Under the pieces are notes generated by a model. That model saw nothing but the letters and a program-made list of their open reading frames with translations. It had not been told where the DNA came from and did no database searches. Source: a virus (lineage: Duplodnaviria > Caudoviricetes). From it: a stretch of DNA of 59,196 nucleotides. Positions 39,034 through 48,058 of this stretch are shown one piece after another. The stretch is taken from the IMG/VR virus record IMGVR_UViG_3300025357_000013, positions 1 to 59,196 of that record; one strand, 5' to 3'. Each line of letters opens with the position of its first letter. Within the stretch, counting starts at the first letter, position 1. The position numbers and the translations under genes are program-made.

Positions 39034-39770
39034 GCGAAAAGATCCTGCTGGACGGGTGTGCCAACCCATGAAGGCGAAGAACTGTAGTTTTCGATTCGGT
39101 CTGCGATTACCGATGCTCTTTGAGAAGACGTAACGGGGACATAGCTCCCAAACCGAGCAATAGATCCCGCATTAACTGCCGCATTTGTTGAATCGGCTGA
39201 CGCTAGAGGCAGATGGGTAAAAATGTTCGGGTCAAGCATCCTCAAACCATGAAGTTTGCACTTTGGACGGCCATCCGCATCGCAAGCAACCGACATTGCT
39301 TCGGACATCCTGTTCCACCATGAAAAAGTTCCGGGCGAAGACCATTCCCCAGATGAGCCAAGAGCAACGGTCTGGAAATTTCCTACGAGCCATTCGAGCC
39401 ATTCAAGCGATTCGTGCAAATGCCAAACAGGAACCGATTTGACTTTGCAGCCCATACGAAGCCACAGGGTGACGAGGTCTTGGTTTTGTTTTTCTGATCC
39501 ATCGATTTTGTCTGGGATCAGACACCAATCAAGACCAGGATGACCCGCAAGCGAACTCACCCATGCGTGATAAGTAGGGACATCAACGTCGCCTTCTCCA
39601 GCCCTCCAGTAGCTGAACGCGGAATTGTCGAGAACAAAACTCTGGCAAAACTCCATGACGGCCGAAAGATCATCCTGTCGCTTGAACGGCACGAGGCCAT
39701 GCCTGCCAACCAAAAATCGGCAGACGTTGTCCTTAGATCCGCCAACAGGGGTTCCGTGGTAATGGATCAC
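39030..39770 (-). CDS. Queuine tRNA-ribosyltransferase (TGT/DpdA)-like protein
   Basis: GGAGG SD and GTG start MIHYHGTP; LDNSAFS, IPD.I.G, VPVWH, ALG, LHGL and SADS motifs match the TGT barrel signature. Confidence 0.65.
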   Translation of the reverse strand: MIHYHGTPVGGSKDNVCRFLVGRHGLVPFKRQDDLSAVMEFCQSFVLDNSAFSYWRAGEGDVDVPTYHAWVSSLAGHPGLDWCLIPDKIDGSEKQNQDLVTLWLRMGCKVKSVPVWHLHESLEWLEWLVGNFQTVALGSSGEWSSPGTFSWWNRMSEAMSVACDADGRPKCKLHGLRMLDPNIFTHLPLASADSTNAAVNAGSIARFGSYVPVTSSQRASVIADRIENYSSSPSWVGTPVQQDLFA

Positions 39771-40153
39771 GCAGACCTCCCCCTCATCAATCTCAAAGCA
39801 GCCTGCCTTGCATCCTCTTGCGTGAGCTGGCCCTTCCGCATCAGGTCGAACACTTTCTCCGCAAACCAATCTGCGTCGATAATCGACACGTCGTCCTGTT
39901 GTTGCGCCTGAAGCCAGGCAATGTCTTCTTCCCAATGATCGATGTCAGTCATTAGTTTTGGTCCCAAAATCCGTTTCTCATTGATGACGACCCATGTTTT
40001 TTCTGGTTTGCCAAAGGCCTGATTGACCTCAAGAAGAAAAGCAGCAAGTTCCGGAGATTCGTCCTGAATGAATTTCCATTTGCGTTTGCGCTCTTCCTGA
40101 ATTTCTTCGGTTTTTGCTTTGAGCCTCGCGAAACTTGCATCAAAATCACTCAA
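39767..40153 (-). CDS. Hypothetical protein
   Basis: 128 aa with 4-nt overlaps at both ends. Confidence 0.55.
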   Translation of the reverse strand: MSDFDASFARLKAKTEEIQEERKRKWKFIQDESPELAAFLLEVNQAFGKPEKTWVVINEKRILGPKLMTDIDHWEEDIAWLQAQQQDDVSIIDADWFAEKVFDLMRKGQLTQEDARQAALRLMRGRSA

Positions 40154-40398
40154 GCGGCCTTTTTCCTGCGCTTTTTCTCAGTCTTTGGCGTCTCATGCCG
40201 CTTTTCAGTAATTCCGGATTCGAGCATTCGCTGGTTCCACTCGGCGCAATGCGGACAGGTATGCTCCAGAACGACATATCGAGAATGGTTTTCCCCGTAT
40301 TTCACCTCCGTCAGGGGGCAGGTACACCCAACGGGATCGAAATCATCAAGCGGCTTTTCCACTCTCACCCTCCTGCAGCTTTCGATCTTTCTCCTCAA
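40150..40398 (-). CDS. Small Cys-containing hypothetical protein
   Basis: CxC...CxxC and a basic tail; true start probably downstream of 40398. Confidence 0.45.
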   Translation of the reverse strand: MRRKIESCRRVRVEKPLDDFDPVGCTCPLTEVKYGENHSRYVVLEHTCPHCAEWNQRMLESGITEKRHETPKTEKKRRKKAA

Positions 40399-41089
40399 CC
40401 TCTTTTCGGACCCGATCCATATCGATCGAAGCCACAGGAGAAACCAATGACCCCTTCAGCTTTGCGAGGAACTCTCTGGCCCTATCTTCATTTGCCGTCC
40501 CCTTCGTGCCCGTCAAAAGTCCAGCGATCATTGGGGCGTGATATTCAATCTCGCTCAAAACCGGAGCCGCATCCTCTGGCTTTAGGCGACCAAGCCGAAG
40601 CGCTTCGGTGACCACTGATCCAAGCGATTTCTTATCCCAGCCGCGACTAATAACCCACTTGATCGGAATGCCCTTGGCTCTGGATTCATCGCAGATGCGG
40701 TTGTAGGCATCCTTGAACGCCATCCGAGCGCCGATCTTGTCCCCGTCGTGAAGCATTGGCGCAGCGACCGAATACGCTTTGAGCATTTCTTCCGTGAGTA
40801 CCGCGCTGCTGTGCTCATCCTTGGGAATCATTCCCCAGGCCTCATCCGCTCCAGGACGTTGTCCAGATCCAGTCGTAGACTCGATTTTGTCGATGATCTC
40901 TGCGGGTGAAGCCATGAACTTCGAAGTCCTGATGTGCGCCGTAAACGCAGCTCTGACCTGGCTCATTTCGTAGCCCGAAAGTGCGGCCCAAAAGATCTTG
41001 AGCAAATTTTGAGTGGCTTCCTTTCCGTAGGCTTCAGCGGTTCCGCGAAGGATCTCTGCGAATTCCTGCTTGTTGGCGTCAATTAACAT
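40346..41089 (-). CDS. Putative replicative helicase loader/inhibitor
   Basis: Follows the initiator gene; F...PAEI, PGADEAW and GARMAFKDAY motifs. Confidence 0.6.
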   Translation of the reverse strand: MLIDANKQEFAEILRGTAEAYGKEATQNLLKIFWAALSGYEMSQVRAAFTAHIRTSKFMASPAEIIDKIESTTGSGQRPGADEAWGMIPKDEHSSAVLTEEMLKAYSVAAPMLHDGDKIGARMAFKDAYNRICDESRAKGIPIKWVISRGWDKKSLGSVVTEALRLGRLKPEDAAPVLSEIEYHAPMIAGLLTGTKGTANEDRAREFLAKLKGSLVSPVASIDMDRVRKEVEEKDRKLQEGESGKAA

Positions 41090-41966
41090 CGATGATCCCC
41101 ATTGGCGTTGAACCGTAGACAAACTCATCAACAGCCCTTTGCGCTCTGGCCTCCCGATAGCTGGAAAGGTTTGGTGTCGAAGGGGGCTTGGGCTCAAACA
41201 AGCCCTGCCAGCCGTTCTGGATGCTGGTGGAGATGATCGAAGCTGGCGAGTTGCCGATCAGGTTTTGGCCGACAAGGAACTCGATCTGCTCGTACCAGGT
41301 GGACTCGACGGTTTTGAATTTCCGGTCCCTTCGGTACTTGACCCATTTTTGCCATGCGTCATGGGGAATGGACTCGGGTAGCGCGATTTGTGCTGGGTCG
41401 AAAACCGAGCGCGGTTTTGCGCGCGTTGTTTTCTGCTCCTGCTCTTGTTCCTGTTCTTGCTCTTGTTCCTGTTCTTGGCTTACAAGGGGCTCCGAAGGGG
41501 CTTGCAAGGGGCTTAGGTTTTGCTGTGGGTTTTCTGACTCTGATGTGCGGCAACCCGTCATGCGGAAAGCCTTGCTGTATCTGGTGTAGAACGATTCCAG
41601 GAAGGGATTGTCAGGCAGCGAGTCATACTCTGTCTGGACCCCCTTTATGCGGTTGTCCTTATCCGCTAGGGATTCACCAATTTGGTATGAGGCCATTTCT
41701 GGAACATAAACGACCTCTGAAGTGGCGTCGTAATAACAAAACCCCGCTTCAATGGCCCTTTGAAGGCCCTTCGAAGCCCCTTCCATGCCCAGCCCGGTCT
41801 CATGCGAAATGAACATCAGCGGACAGTAATAAAGGCCCAGCATGTTGGCGTGAGGCGAAGTCAGAAGGTACATGGCAACAATCTGGGTTTCTGCACCCAT
41901 CACTCTGAGTCTTTTCCCTGTATTGCCTATCCAAAACTTTGGGGAAATCTTTGAGTAGTCACGCAT
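41079..41966 (-). CDS. Replication initiator protein (lambda O-like role)
   Basis: MRDYSKISPKFW...YLLTSPH.N..GLY wHTH, (QE)n linker, C-terminal SIQNGWQGLF. Confidence 0.8.
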   Translation of the reverse strand: MRDYSKISPKFWIGNTGKRLRVMGAETQIVAMYLLTSPHANMLGLYYCPLMFISHETGLGMEGASKGLQRAIEAGFCYYDATSEVVYVPEMASYQIGESLADKDNRIKGVQTEYDSLPDNPFLESFYTRYSKAFRMTGCRTSESENPQQNLSPLQAPSEPLVSQEQEQEQEQEQEQEQKTTRAKPRSVFDPAQIALPESIPHDAWQKWVKYRRDRKFKTVESTWYEQIEFLVGQNLIGNSPASIISTSIQNGWQGLFEPKPPSTPNLSSYREARAQRAVDEFVYGSTPMGIIDVN

Positions 41967-42309
41967 TACGCTCACCACCTGCGGACTTAAAGTGCGCTTT
42001 CATTTTTGCGAGTAAAGCCTTGCCGGTCTCGTAATCAAGCGGCTTACCCTTTTCCTTCTGTTCGTCTTTTTTATGTCTCGCCTCATGGCAGGTTTCGCAA
42101 AGACATTCGAGGTCCTTGTTGTCGTATTCCCAGGGACTTCTGCCGCGAACGTAGAACTTGTGGTGGACGTTAAGTGTTACGTCCTTGTTGCCGCATTGGG
42201 CGCATACAAAGCCAGCCTCAGACATCACCTCAAGTCGCTTTTTCTGCCAATTCGGGTGCCTGTATTTGGCAAAGAATTCGGACCTTTTGGTATAATTCCG
42301 CCTAGTCAT
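41959..42309 (-). CDS. HNH endonuclease
   Basis: P.WQKKRLE......C..CG.....LNVHH..Y....PWEY...DL..LC..CH...H. Confidence 0.85.
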   Translation of the reverse strand: MTRRNYTKRSEFFAKYRHPNWQKKRLEVMSEAGFVCAQCGNKDVTLNVHHKFYVRGRSPWEYDNKDLECLCETCHEARHKKDEQKEKGKPLDYETGKALLAKMKAHFKSAGGERNA

Positions 42310-42381
42310 TCGTCTTCTCCTTTTCAGTTGACGCTTGATAGAAACCCTCGGCTGCACACCGGGGGTTTTGCTTTTGAGGGC

Positions 42382-42681
42382 TCACCAGTCCCTCCGTTTT
42401 TCAGCCAAACCAAGCCGCCACGCCCTGGCATAAATGGCCCCGACCGTGCGGTTTGGTAAGTTCTTGATGATTGCTGAGACGCCCACGACCCCATAACAGA
42501 GTCGGACGATAAGATCCTCGGCTTTCGACCATGACGAACGGTCGGTGATGCCGAGCTGAAGGGCTCGACCGTGGATGGCCTGCGGTGATCGATTGATAAT
42601 CCGCGCAAGCCGCTTGGCGCCGAGCTTTTGATAGCTTTCAAGGATGACTGCATCCTCTTCTTTGCGCCATAATCTGACCAC
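42382..42681 (-). CDS. Myb/SANT-like tandem-repeat DNA-binding protein
   Basis: Two W..eED..l...Y......la..l.R...ai..rA..LG repeats; start uncertain. Confidence 0.6.
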   Translation of the reverse strand: MVRLWRKEEDAVILESYQKLGAKRLARIINRSPQAIHGRALQLGITDRSSWSKAEDLIVRLCYGVVGVSAIIKNLPNRTVGAIYARAWRLGLAEKRRDW

Positions 42682-42682
42682 C

Positions 42683-42865
42683 TCATACCACCCAGCCGAT
42701 CGCGGATCGTTGAGGGGTATTACCAGTCTCAACGTAGTGTTGCCACGCTTCGCAATCTGGCCGTTTCTTCGCGCAGAAGTCCTGCATACAAACCGTGCAT
42801 TGCTCACAAGGAGGAATGCCCACGGATGCTTTCATCGCAGCAGCAGATTTATTCTCAATTTGCAT
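42683..42865 (-). CDS. Small Cys-rich hypothetical protein
   Basis: AGGA SD, PPCEQC..C...C.....DC..W..YV.TG. Confidence 0.5.
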   Translation of the reverse strand: MQIENKSAAAMKASVGIPPCEQCTVCMQDFCAKKRPDCEAWQHYVETGNTPQRSAIGWVV

Positions 42866-42908
42866 CAGGAAAGTTCCTTATAGAACCTAATCAACACCGA
42901 AAGCTGAC

Positions 42909-43103
42909 CTATTCGTACCTGTCCATATCAATAGCTTCGTCCGATACTTTCATCAGGCCTCGGCGCTTGAGATCAGCACGAATCAGATTCCTGACATAGC
43001 CGGATCGGGTTTCGCCATCCTGTGAAGAGGCTTTAACGATGCCGCGCCACATGTGCTCGGCAACCTGAAACATCACTTTGATATCGAGTGGTTCTTCATT
43101 CAT
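42909..43103 (-). CDS. Ribbon-helix-helix regulator (CII position)
   Basis: VMFQV....W..I..AS..DG.TRSGYVRNLI..DL. Confidence 0.6.
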   Translation of the reverse strand: MNEEPLDIKVMFQVAEHMWRGIVKASSQDGETRSGYVRNLIRADLKRRGLMKVSDEAIDMDRYE

Positions 43104-43114
43104 AGGAGTAGCTC

Positions 43115-43417
43115 ATGGTCATCAAACCAAGACAATCAGGTGTGGTAGCAATCTGCGACTGTGGATCCAAACAATTCATTCCTTCCGAGTCGGCCATTCG
43201 CACCGGAATCCTGTATTGCCCCTGTGGGCAAATCGAAAAAGTTGGAATGGATGTGTTCAACAAAATCTTTTCCATAAAGATTCACTCCCACGCCTCAAAA
43301 AAAACCGGCCAAACATTCCGCCCGACCGGACAGAGGGAGGAGAAAGGTCGCAGTTACCGGAGCGACCAAGCCGGAATCCGAAAGCAGGTGGAAATGAACT
43401 TCGTTCCCCTCTCATGA
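43115..43417 (+). CDS. Possible antisense Zn-ribbon protein
   Basis: AGGAG SD, CDCG...CPCG. Confidence 0.3.
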   Translation: MVIKPRQSGVVAICDCGSKQFIPSESAIRTGILYCPCGQIEKVGMDVFNKIFSIKIHSHASKKTGQTFRPTGQREEKGRSYRSDQAGIRKQVEMNFVPLS

Positions 43418-43648
43418 CTAGGCGGCCTTTCCGTCGCGCCGAATCACATGCCATGGAACATCTGGACGCAAGGATTCAGCAGTCACAGCACCGTTACTGG
43501 CCTCTTCGATCCGCACCGCAAGTTCCGCACTCGGATGCTTGGCTCGGTACGCGACAAACTTGAGGTGTGACAGCGATGCTCCACAGCGATCAGAGAAATC
43601 CCTCTTTTCATCTGCGGAGAGGGTCCGCATGTAATCTTTTAGGCTCAT
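43418..43648 (-). CDS. cro: Cro/YdaS-like repressor
   Basis: HTH with PS.ELA..IE.AS.G.VT..SLRPD..W, divergent from cI. Confidence 0.88.
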   Translation of the reverse strand: MSLKDYMRTLSADEKRDFSDRCGASLSHLKFVAYRAKHPSAELAVRIEEASNGAVTAESLRPDVPWHVIRRDGKAA

Positions 43649-43654
43649 GCGGAG

Positions 43655-43698
43655 ATAGTACCCTTACGGGTATTGTTCGCGCAATACCCTTTTGGAGA
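43655..43698 (-). promoter_or_regulatory. PR promoter with two operators (OR)
   Basis: TTGCGC-18-TACTAT ending 6 nt before the cro ATG. Operators TACCCTTACGGGTA (43659-43672) and TACCCTTTTGGAGA (43685-43698). Confidence 0.75.
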
Positions 43699-43734
43699 AT
43701 CCCCAGCGCGATTTTTTTGAGGTCTAATCAGGAG

Positions 43735-44499
43735 ATGGAAATCATCAAACACTGCAGAAGAGATCGGGTTCTGCTTCTGATCAAAGATCGTTTTGATGGC
43801 AACAAAGCTGCGTTTGCAAAAGCCATCGGAAGGCCTGCGCCTAATGTCCATCGAATGTTGGCCATAGGATCTGGAAAAGATCAAAGAGGCATCGGTGAGG
43901 ATCTTGCTCGCGACATCGAAAAAACTTTGGGTTTGCCTCATTTGTGGCTGGATCAGCCAACCGAAATCGGTATCTCGTCTTTGGCCAACATTCGCCCAAT
44001 TACCCCACCCAAATTCGTTACTGACGACACGTCCAGCGCCACAGCATCATCCGTTAATGTTTCCGAAACGCTTTCAGTAGGTAAGCGCGTACCTTTGATT
44101 TCTTGGGTACAAGCAGGAAACTGGAGCCAAATCGCTGATTATCTTTCGCCTGGAGACGGGGATGATTGGCTTCCTGTGTATCAAGAAGTGGGCAAACACA
44201 CATTTGCTCTGGTCATTAAAGGTGACTCTATGCAGCCCGAATTCCACGATGGGGACACAATCATTGTGGATCCTGATGTGCTACCGGGCCCAGGCGATTA
44301 CGTTGTAGCCAAAAACAGTGAAGAGGAAGCGACCTTCAAGAAGTACCGTCCACGCGGACTTAACGAAAAGGGCGAATCTTATTTTGAGCTGATTCCTCTA
44401 AATGAGGATTACGAACCAATGCGCTCGGATTTCCAGAAGATCAAGATCATCGGAACCGCAGTCGATCACATACGGAGACTGCGTCGGAGAGGAACCTAA
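43735..44499 (+). CDS. cI: CI repressor (HTH plus S24 peptidase)
   Basis: HTH, VPLISWVQAG cleavage site, GDSM.P catalytic Ser, ATFKK catalytic Lys. Confidence 0.93.
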   Translation: MEIIKHCRRDRVLLLIKDRFDGNKAAFAKAIGRPAPNVHRMLAIGSGKDQRGIGEDLARDIEKTLGLPHLWLDQPTEIGISSLANIRPITPPKFVTDDTSSATASSVNVSETLSVGKRVPLISWVQAGNWSQIADYLSPGDGDDWLPVYQEVGKHTFALVIKGDSMQPEFHDGDTIIVDPDVLPGPGDYVVAKNSEEEATFKKYRPRGLNEKGESYFELIPLNEDYEPMRSDFQKIKIIGTAVDHIRRLRRRGT

Positions 44500-44534
44500 A
44501 CCCTCTTCCAACACCATCATTTGTTGAGTCCCAT

Positions 44535-44556
44535 CCCGCTTCGGCGGGTTTTTTTT
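44535..44556 (+). terminator. Terminator after cI
   Basis: CCCGC-TTCG-GCGGG followed by T8. Confidence 0.85.
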
Positions 44557-44573
44557 GCTCCCAAGAAAACAAA

Positions 44574-44617
44574 TACCCTTTTGGGTATTGACTACTGATT
44601 ACCCTTTTGGGTAGCAT
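44574..44617 (+). promoter_or_regulatory. PL promoter with two operators (OL)
   Basis: TTGACT-18-TAGCAT. TACCCTTTTGGGTA at 44574-44587 and 44600-44613. Confidence 0.8.
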
Positions 44618-44728
44618 TTCTTTCGCCCCCTAGCTGCCCAGGCCAGCGCCGGATGCAACAAGGGCCTGTCAGTTGAATGGCTTCATTCAGGACACACAAG
44701 GACAGGGGGTGTTTTTTTGGAGAACCTG

Positions 44729-44860
44729 ATGGAACGCACAACAGAAAACCATGTGATTGCCCTGCTTGTGATGCTGGGCTGTCTTATTGCGCTAGGCCGA
44801 ATGGATCAGCTTGAAGCGGAAAAAATGGAACAAGGATCCGTTCAGGTGGCGCAGAAATGA
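44729..44860 (+). CDS. Small membrane protein
   Basis: GGAG SD, MERTTENHVIALLVMLGCLIALG... Confidence 0.55.
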   Translation: MERTTENHVIALLVMLGCLIALGRMDQLEAEKMEQGSVQVAQK

Positions 44861-45033
44861 CCTGGAACTACCTCTGGAAACTAGCCAAGCGCTCAGGCTT
44901 CCATCCCAAGCGCTTTGTTTATGAGGCGCGCATCGATGCCCTCAAATCCCTTTCTTACGAATTCGAAAGTCACGACTTTTACAGCGAGGCGCAGAAAGTC
45001 AACGCTTTCATTCGGACGGAGCCCAAACCATGA
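44857..45033 (+). CDS. Small hypothetical protein
   Basis: ATGA coupling at both ends, MTWNYLWKLAKRSG... Confidence 0.55.
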   Translation: MTWNYLWKLAKRSGFHPKRFVYEARIDALKSLSYEFESHDFYSEAQKVNAFIRTEPKP

Positions 45034-45161
45034 GAACGATTCGGCGGATCTACATCCGATATCTCACTTGGCAGTTTGAGCGGCAGTTTGCCAAAGCATA
45101 CAGCGCGGTACAGAAGTCGCGCACAGCAGAGTGCAAATTGATTACAGCCAGACGCGCTTAG
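45030..45161 (+). CDS. Small basic hypothetical protein
   Basis: GGAG SD, MRTIRRIYIRYLTWQF... Confidence 0.5.
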   Translation: MRTIRRIYIRYLTWQFERQFAKAYSAVQKSRTAECKLITARRA

Positions 45162-45289
45162 CGTGAGCTACGGCGGTTAGAGGCTTATCCCGCAGACCGG
45201 ACAGAGAGCCAGTTAGCCCTCCGAGGCAGTTCCCTGGAAAACGTGGGCCGGTCAATTACAAAGAATTCGATCAATCAGCGAGAACAAAC

Positions 45290-46039
45290 ATGAGCAACGC
45301 GCTTACGACTTTAACGAATCAGCTTGCAACCAAGCTGAACATGGGTGACGGCAGCCAGCTGATCGACACCCTCAAGGCAACCGCATTCAAAGGTCAGGTC
45401 TCTGACGCCCAAATGACGGCATTGATGGTGGTTGCGAATCAGTACGGGCTGAATCCTTGGACCCGAGAAATCTACGCCTTTCCAGATAAAAACAACGGCA
45501 TTGTTCCGGTTGTTGGCGTGGATGGCTGGAGCAGAATCATTAACGAGCACTCTCAGTTTGACGGTCTGGAGTTTGAGCAGACTGACGAGGCTTGCACTTG
45601 CATCGTATACCGCAAGGATCGCAGCCGACCGATCAAGGTCACCGAATACATGTCCGAGTGCAAGCGCGCCAACGTCGGGCCTTGGGTATCACACCCCAAG
45701 AGAATGCTGCGACACAAGGCTTTGATACAGGCTGCGCGCCTTGCTTTTGGATACACCGGAATCTACGACCAGGACGAAGCTGATCGCATCCTTGAAGCAT
45801 CAGAAAAGGTCATTCCATCCGCTCAACCCGAGCCTTCAAGAACCGCAGATTTATTGCCCGGTTACACCGATGAGGCATTTATTGGAGCCGTTCCTAAATT
45901 TGAAGGATGGATCAGGAAAGGCAAAACAGCTGAAGAGGTCATTGGTTTCGTATTAACGAAAAACACCCTGACAGAACATCAGGTCAACGCGATCTACGAC
46001 ATCGAGCTGGCTATCAAAAGCGAAGGAGAAGCAGCGTGA
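45290..46039 (+). CDS. bet: Recombination protein Bet
   Basis: TLKATAFKG..SDAQM.AL..VANQYGLNPWT.EIYAFPDK.NGIVPVVGVDGWSRIIN, PW.SHP.RMLRHKA.IQ.ARLAFG. Confidence 0.95.
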   Translation: MSNALTTLTNQLATKLNMGDGSQLIDTLKATAFKGQVSDAQMTALMVVANQYGLNPWTREIYAFPDKNNGIVPVVGVDGWSRIINEHSQFDGLEFEQTDEACTCIVYRKDRSRPIKVTEYMSECKRANVGPWVSHPKRMLRHKALIQAARLAFGYTGIYDQDEADRILEASEKVIPSAQPEPSRTADLLPGYTDEAFIGAVPKFEGWIRKGKTAEEVIGFVLTKNTLTEHQVNAIYDIELAIKSEGEAA

Positions 46040-47601
46040 GGAAAACACACACCCTAGTTCAAGGTTCGGGAGAGTGGCATCAATTCCGTGCCGAACATTT
46101 TGGCGCAAGCGAAGCCAGCGCCATGCTGGGAATCAGTCCTTACATGTCGCGCACCGACCTTTTGAAGCTAAAGAAAACAGGGGTTGCGCCTGACGTATCC
46201 CCTGCCCTTCAAAAGATCTTTGATCGCGGACATGAGGTTGAGCCTTTAGGGCGCGTCATTGCCGAAAAGATTATTGGTGAAGACCTTTTTCCGGCTACTT
46301 ACTCATACGGACACCTTTCGTGTTCTTGCGACGGCATCACGATGATGGAAGACGTGGCATGGGAGCATAAACAGTTCAATCGCGAACTTGCTGAATCACT
46401 CCGCAATGGGGTGCTGCCAGATCATCATTGGCCGCAAGCACAGCAGATCCTGCTAATTACTGGCGCTGAAAAGCTGCTCTTCATGACATCCGATGGGACT
46501 GAAGATAACTGCGAATACATGTGGGTCATTCCGCATCAGGAATATCAGCAGCGAATCCGTGATGGCTGGGATCAGTTTCAGCTAGATCTGGATGCTTTCG
46601 AACACACTGAAACGCAGACCGCTGCAGTAGGCAAGGCCCCTGAAGCCCTCCCTGCCCTTCGGATCGAAGTTACGGGCATGGTCACGGCTTCGAACATCGA
46701 TGTTTTCAAGGCCCACGCGGTTTCGGTATTCGATGGGATCAAGACCGACCTTGAGTCAGACGAGGATTTCGCGGACGCGGAAAAGACCGTTAAATTTTGC
46801 AAGGAAGTTGAGGATCGTCTAGCTGCAGCCAAGGATCATGCGCTGTCACAGACCGAATCGATTGACGCCCTCTTCCGCGCCATCGATGAGATCAGCGAGA
46901 TAGCCCGTCAAAAGCGATTGACGCTCGACAAACTGGTAAAGACCCGCAAGGAAGCGATCCGCCTGGAGCTGGTTCAAAAGGCTCAGAAAGCGCTAGACGA
47001 GTACGTCAAAACGATTTTCGATCGAATCGGTTTTATTGCCTGGAATATCTCTGCGCCATTTGCTGACGCGATCAAGGGCAAGAAGACCGTTGCCAGCATC
47101 AAGGATGCGCTTGCTACCGTTTTAGCCAATGCCAAGATCGAGGCAAACGACAAGGCGCGACTGATCGAGGCTAACAGGGAAGCTGCCAAGGATCACAAGC
47201 ACCTGTTCCCCGATTTTGCAGCCCTCTGCCTCAAGCCCACGGATGATTTCAACGCCATCCTTCAGCTGCGGATCCGCGAAGAGCAAGAGCGACAAGAAGC
47301 AGAGATCCAGAAGAAGCAGAAAGAGATCGAAGCTCAGATCGAGGCCCAGCGCAAAGAGCGTGAGCAGGCTGCTGCAGCTGCGGTTATTACTGAAGTTGCC
47401 GCGGAGTCGGTTGTTGCAGCGCCCGCTGAAGCCCCGAAAGCCGATACCGCAGAGATCAAGCAGGCGGCCGTCATTGATCACCAGCCGCACATTCTCGAAT
47501 TCCTGAAGCTCCATGACTTCAAGGATCACTCTCGTATCAGGGGAATCCTGATCGAGTACGAAAAGTTCAAATCTCAAACAGACATTAAGGAGGCAGCGTG
47601 A
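46036..47601 (+). CDS. exo: YqaJ-like exonuclease with coiled-coil extension
   Basis: QGS.EW...R....GASEA..MLG.SPY, GH..E, S.DG, WEHK, Q.QQ.L. Confidence 0.9.
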   Translation: MRKTHTLVQGSGEWHQFRAEHFGASEASAMLGISPYMSRTDLLKLKKTGVAPDVSPALQKIFDRGHEVEPLGRVIAEKIIGEDLFPATYSYGHLSCSCDGITMMEDVAWEHKQFNRELAESLRNGVLPDHHWPQAQQILLITGAEKLLFMTSDGTEDNCEYMWVIPHQEYQQRIRDGWDQFQLDLDAFEHTETQTAAVGKAPEALPALRIEVTGMVTASNIDVFKAHAVSVFDGIKTDLESDEDFADAEKTVKFCKEVEDRLAAAKDHALSQTESIDALFRAIDEISEIARQKRLTLDKLVKTRKEAIRLELVQKAQKALDEYVKTIFDRIGFIAWNISAPFADAIKGKKTVASIKDALATVLANAKIEANDKARLIEANREAAKDHKHLFPDFAALCLKPTDDFNAILQLRIREEQERQEAEIQKKQKEIEAQIEAQRKEREQAAAAAVITEVAAESVVAAPAEAPKADTAEIKQAAVIDHQPHILEFLKLHDFKDHSRIRGILIEYEKFKSQTDIKEAA

Positions 47602-47846
47602 AGCAGGTAACCCGCTACGAAACCAGCGACGGGGAGTTGTTTGTCAACGAATTGGGGGCCATAGCCCATGAGGAGCACCTCACGATTTCGCGTCGTGTTG
47701 GCGCTTACGTTATCGCACTAGGCTTGATTCCTCCGGCATCAACCCGGGTAACAAACGATCTGACCAGCTTCTTGAATTGGGAGCTTGAACAGATTCATGC
47801 CGAAACGAAGAAGGTCGTTGAATCTCTGGATAAGGAAGCAGCGTAA
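47598..47846 (+). CDS. Hypothetical protein
   Basis: AGGAGG SD, Y.TSDG..F.....A..HE motif. Confidence 0.65.
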   Translation: MKQVTRYETSDGELFVNELGAIAHEEHLTISRRVGAYVIALGLIPPASTRVTNDLTSFLNWELEQIHAETKKVVESLDKEAA

Positions 47847-48058
47847 TGAGCAGATCACTTTTCCACGTTGTTGCTTCACAAAAGCTGAAAGGAAAACGTG
47901 ACGTTTTGATTGAGGCCAGAAAGAAAAAACGCATCATCGAGTACCGATTGAAGATCAATGGCCTTGTTTGGCGTGACTGGTTTCCACGTTTGGATCCATT
48001 TGGCGACAAGCATCTTCAGGCATTCATTCGGGAAAACATGAAACCGGGGGTTGCGTAA
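47846..48058 (+). CDS. Hypothetical protein
   Basis: TAATG coupling. Confidence 0.55.
   Translation: MSRSLFHVVASQKLKGKRDVLIEARKKKRIIEYRLKINGLVWRDWFPRLDPFGDKHLQAFIRENMKPGVA

Noticed and set aside
41430-41477. CRISPR-like or iteron repeat
   Set aside because: It is the coding (QE)n linker of the replication initiator and has no spacers.
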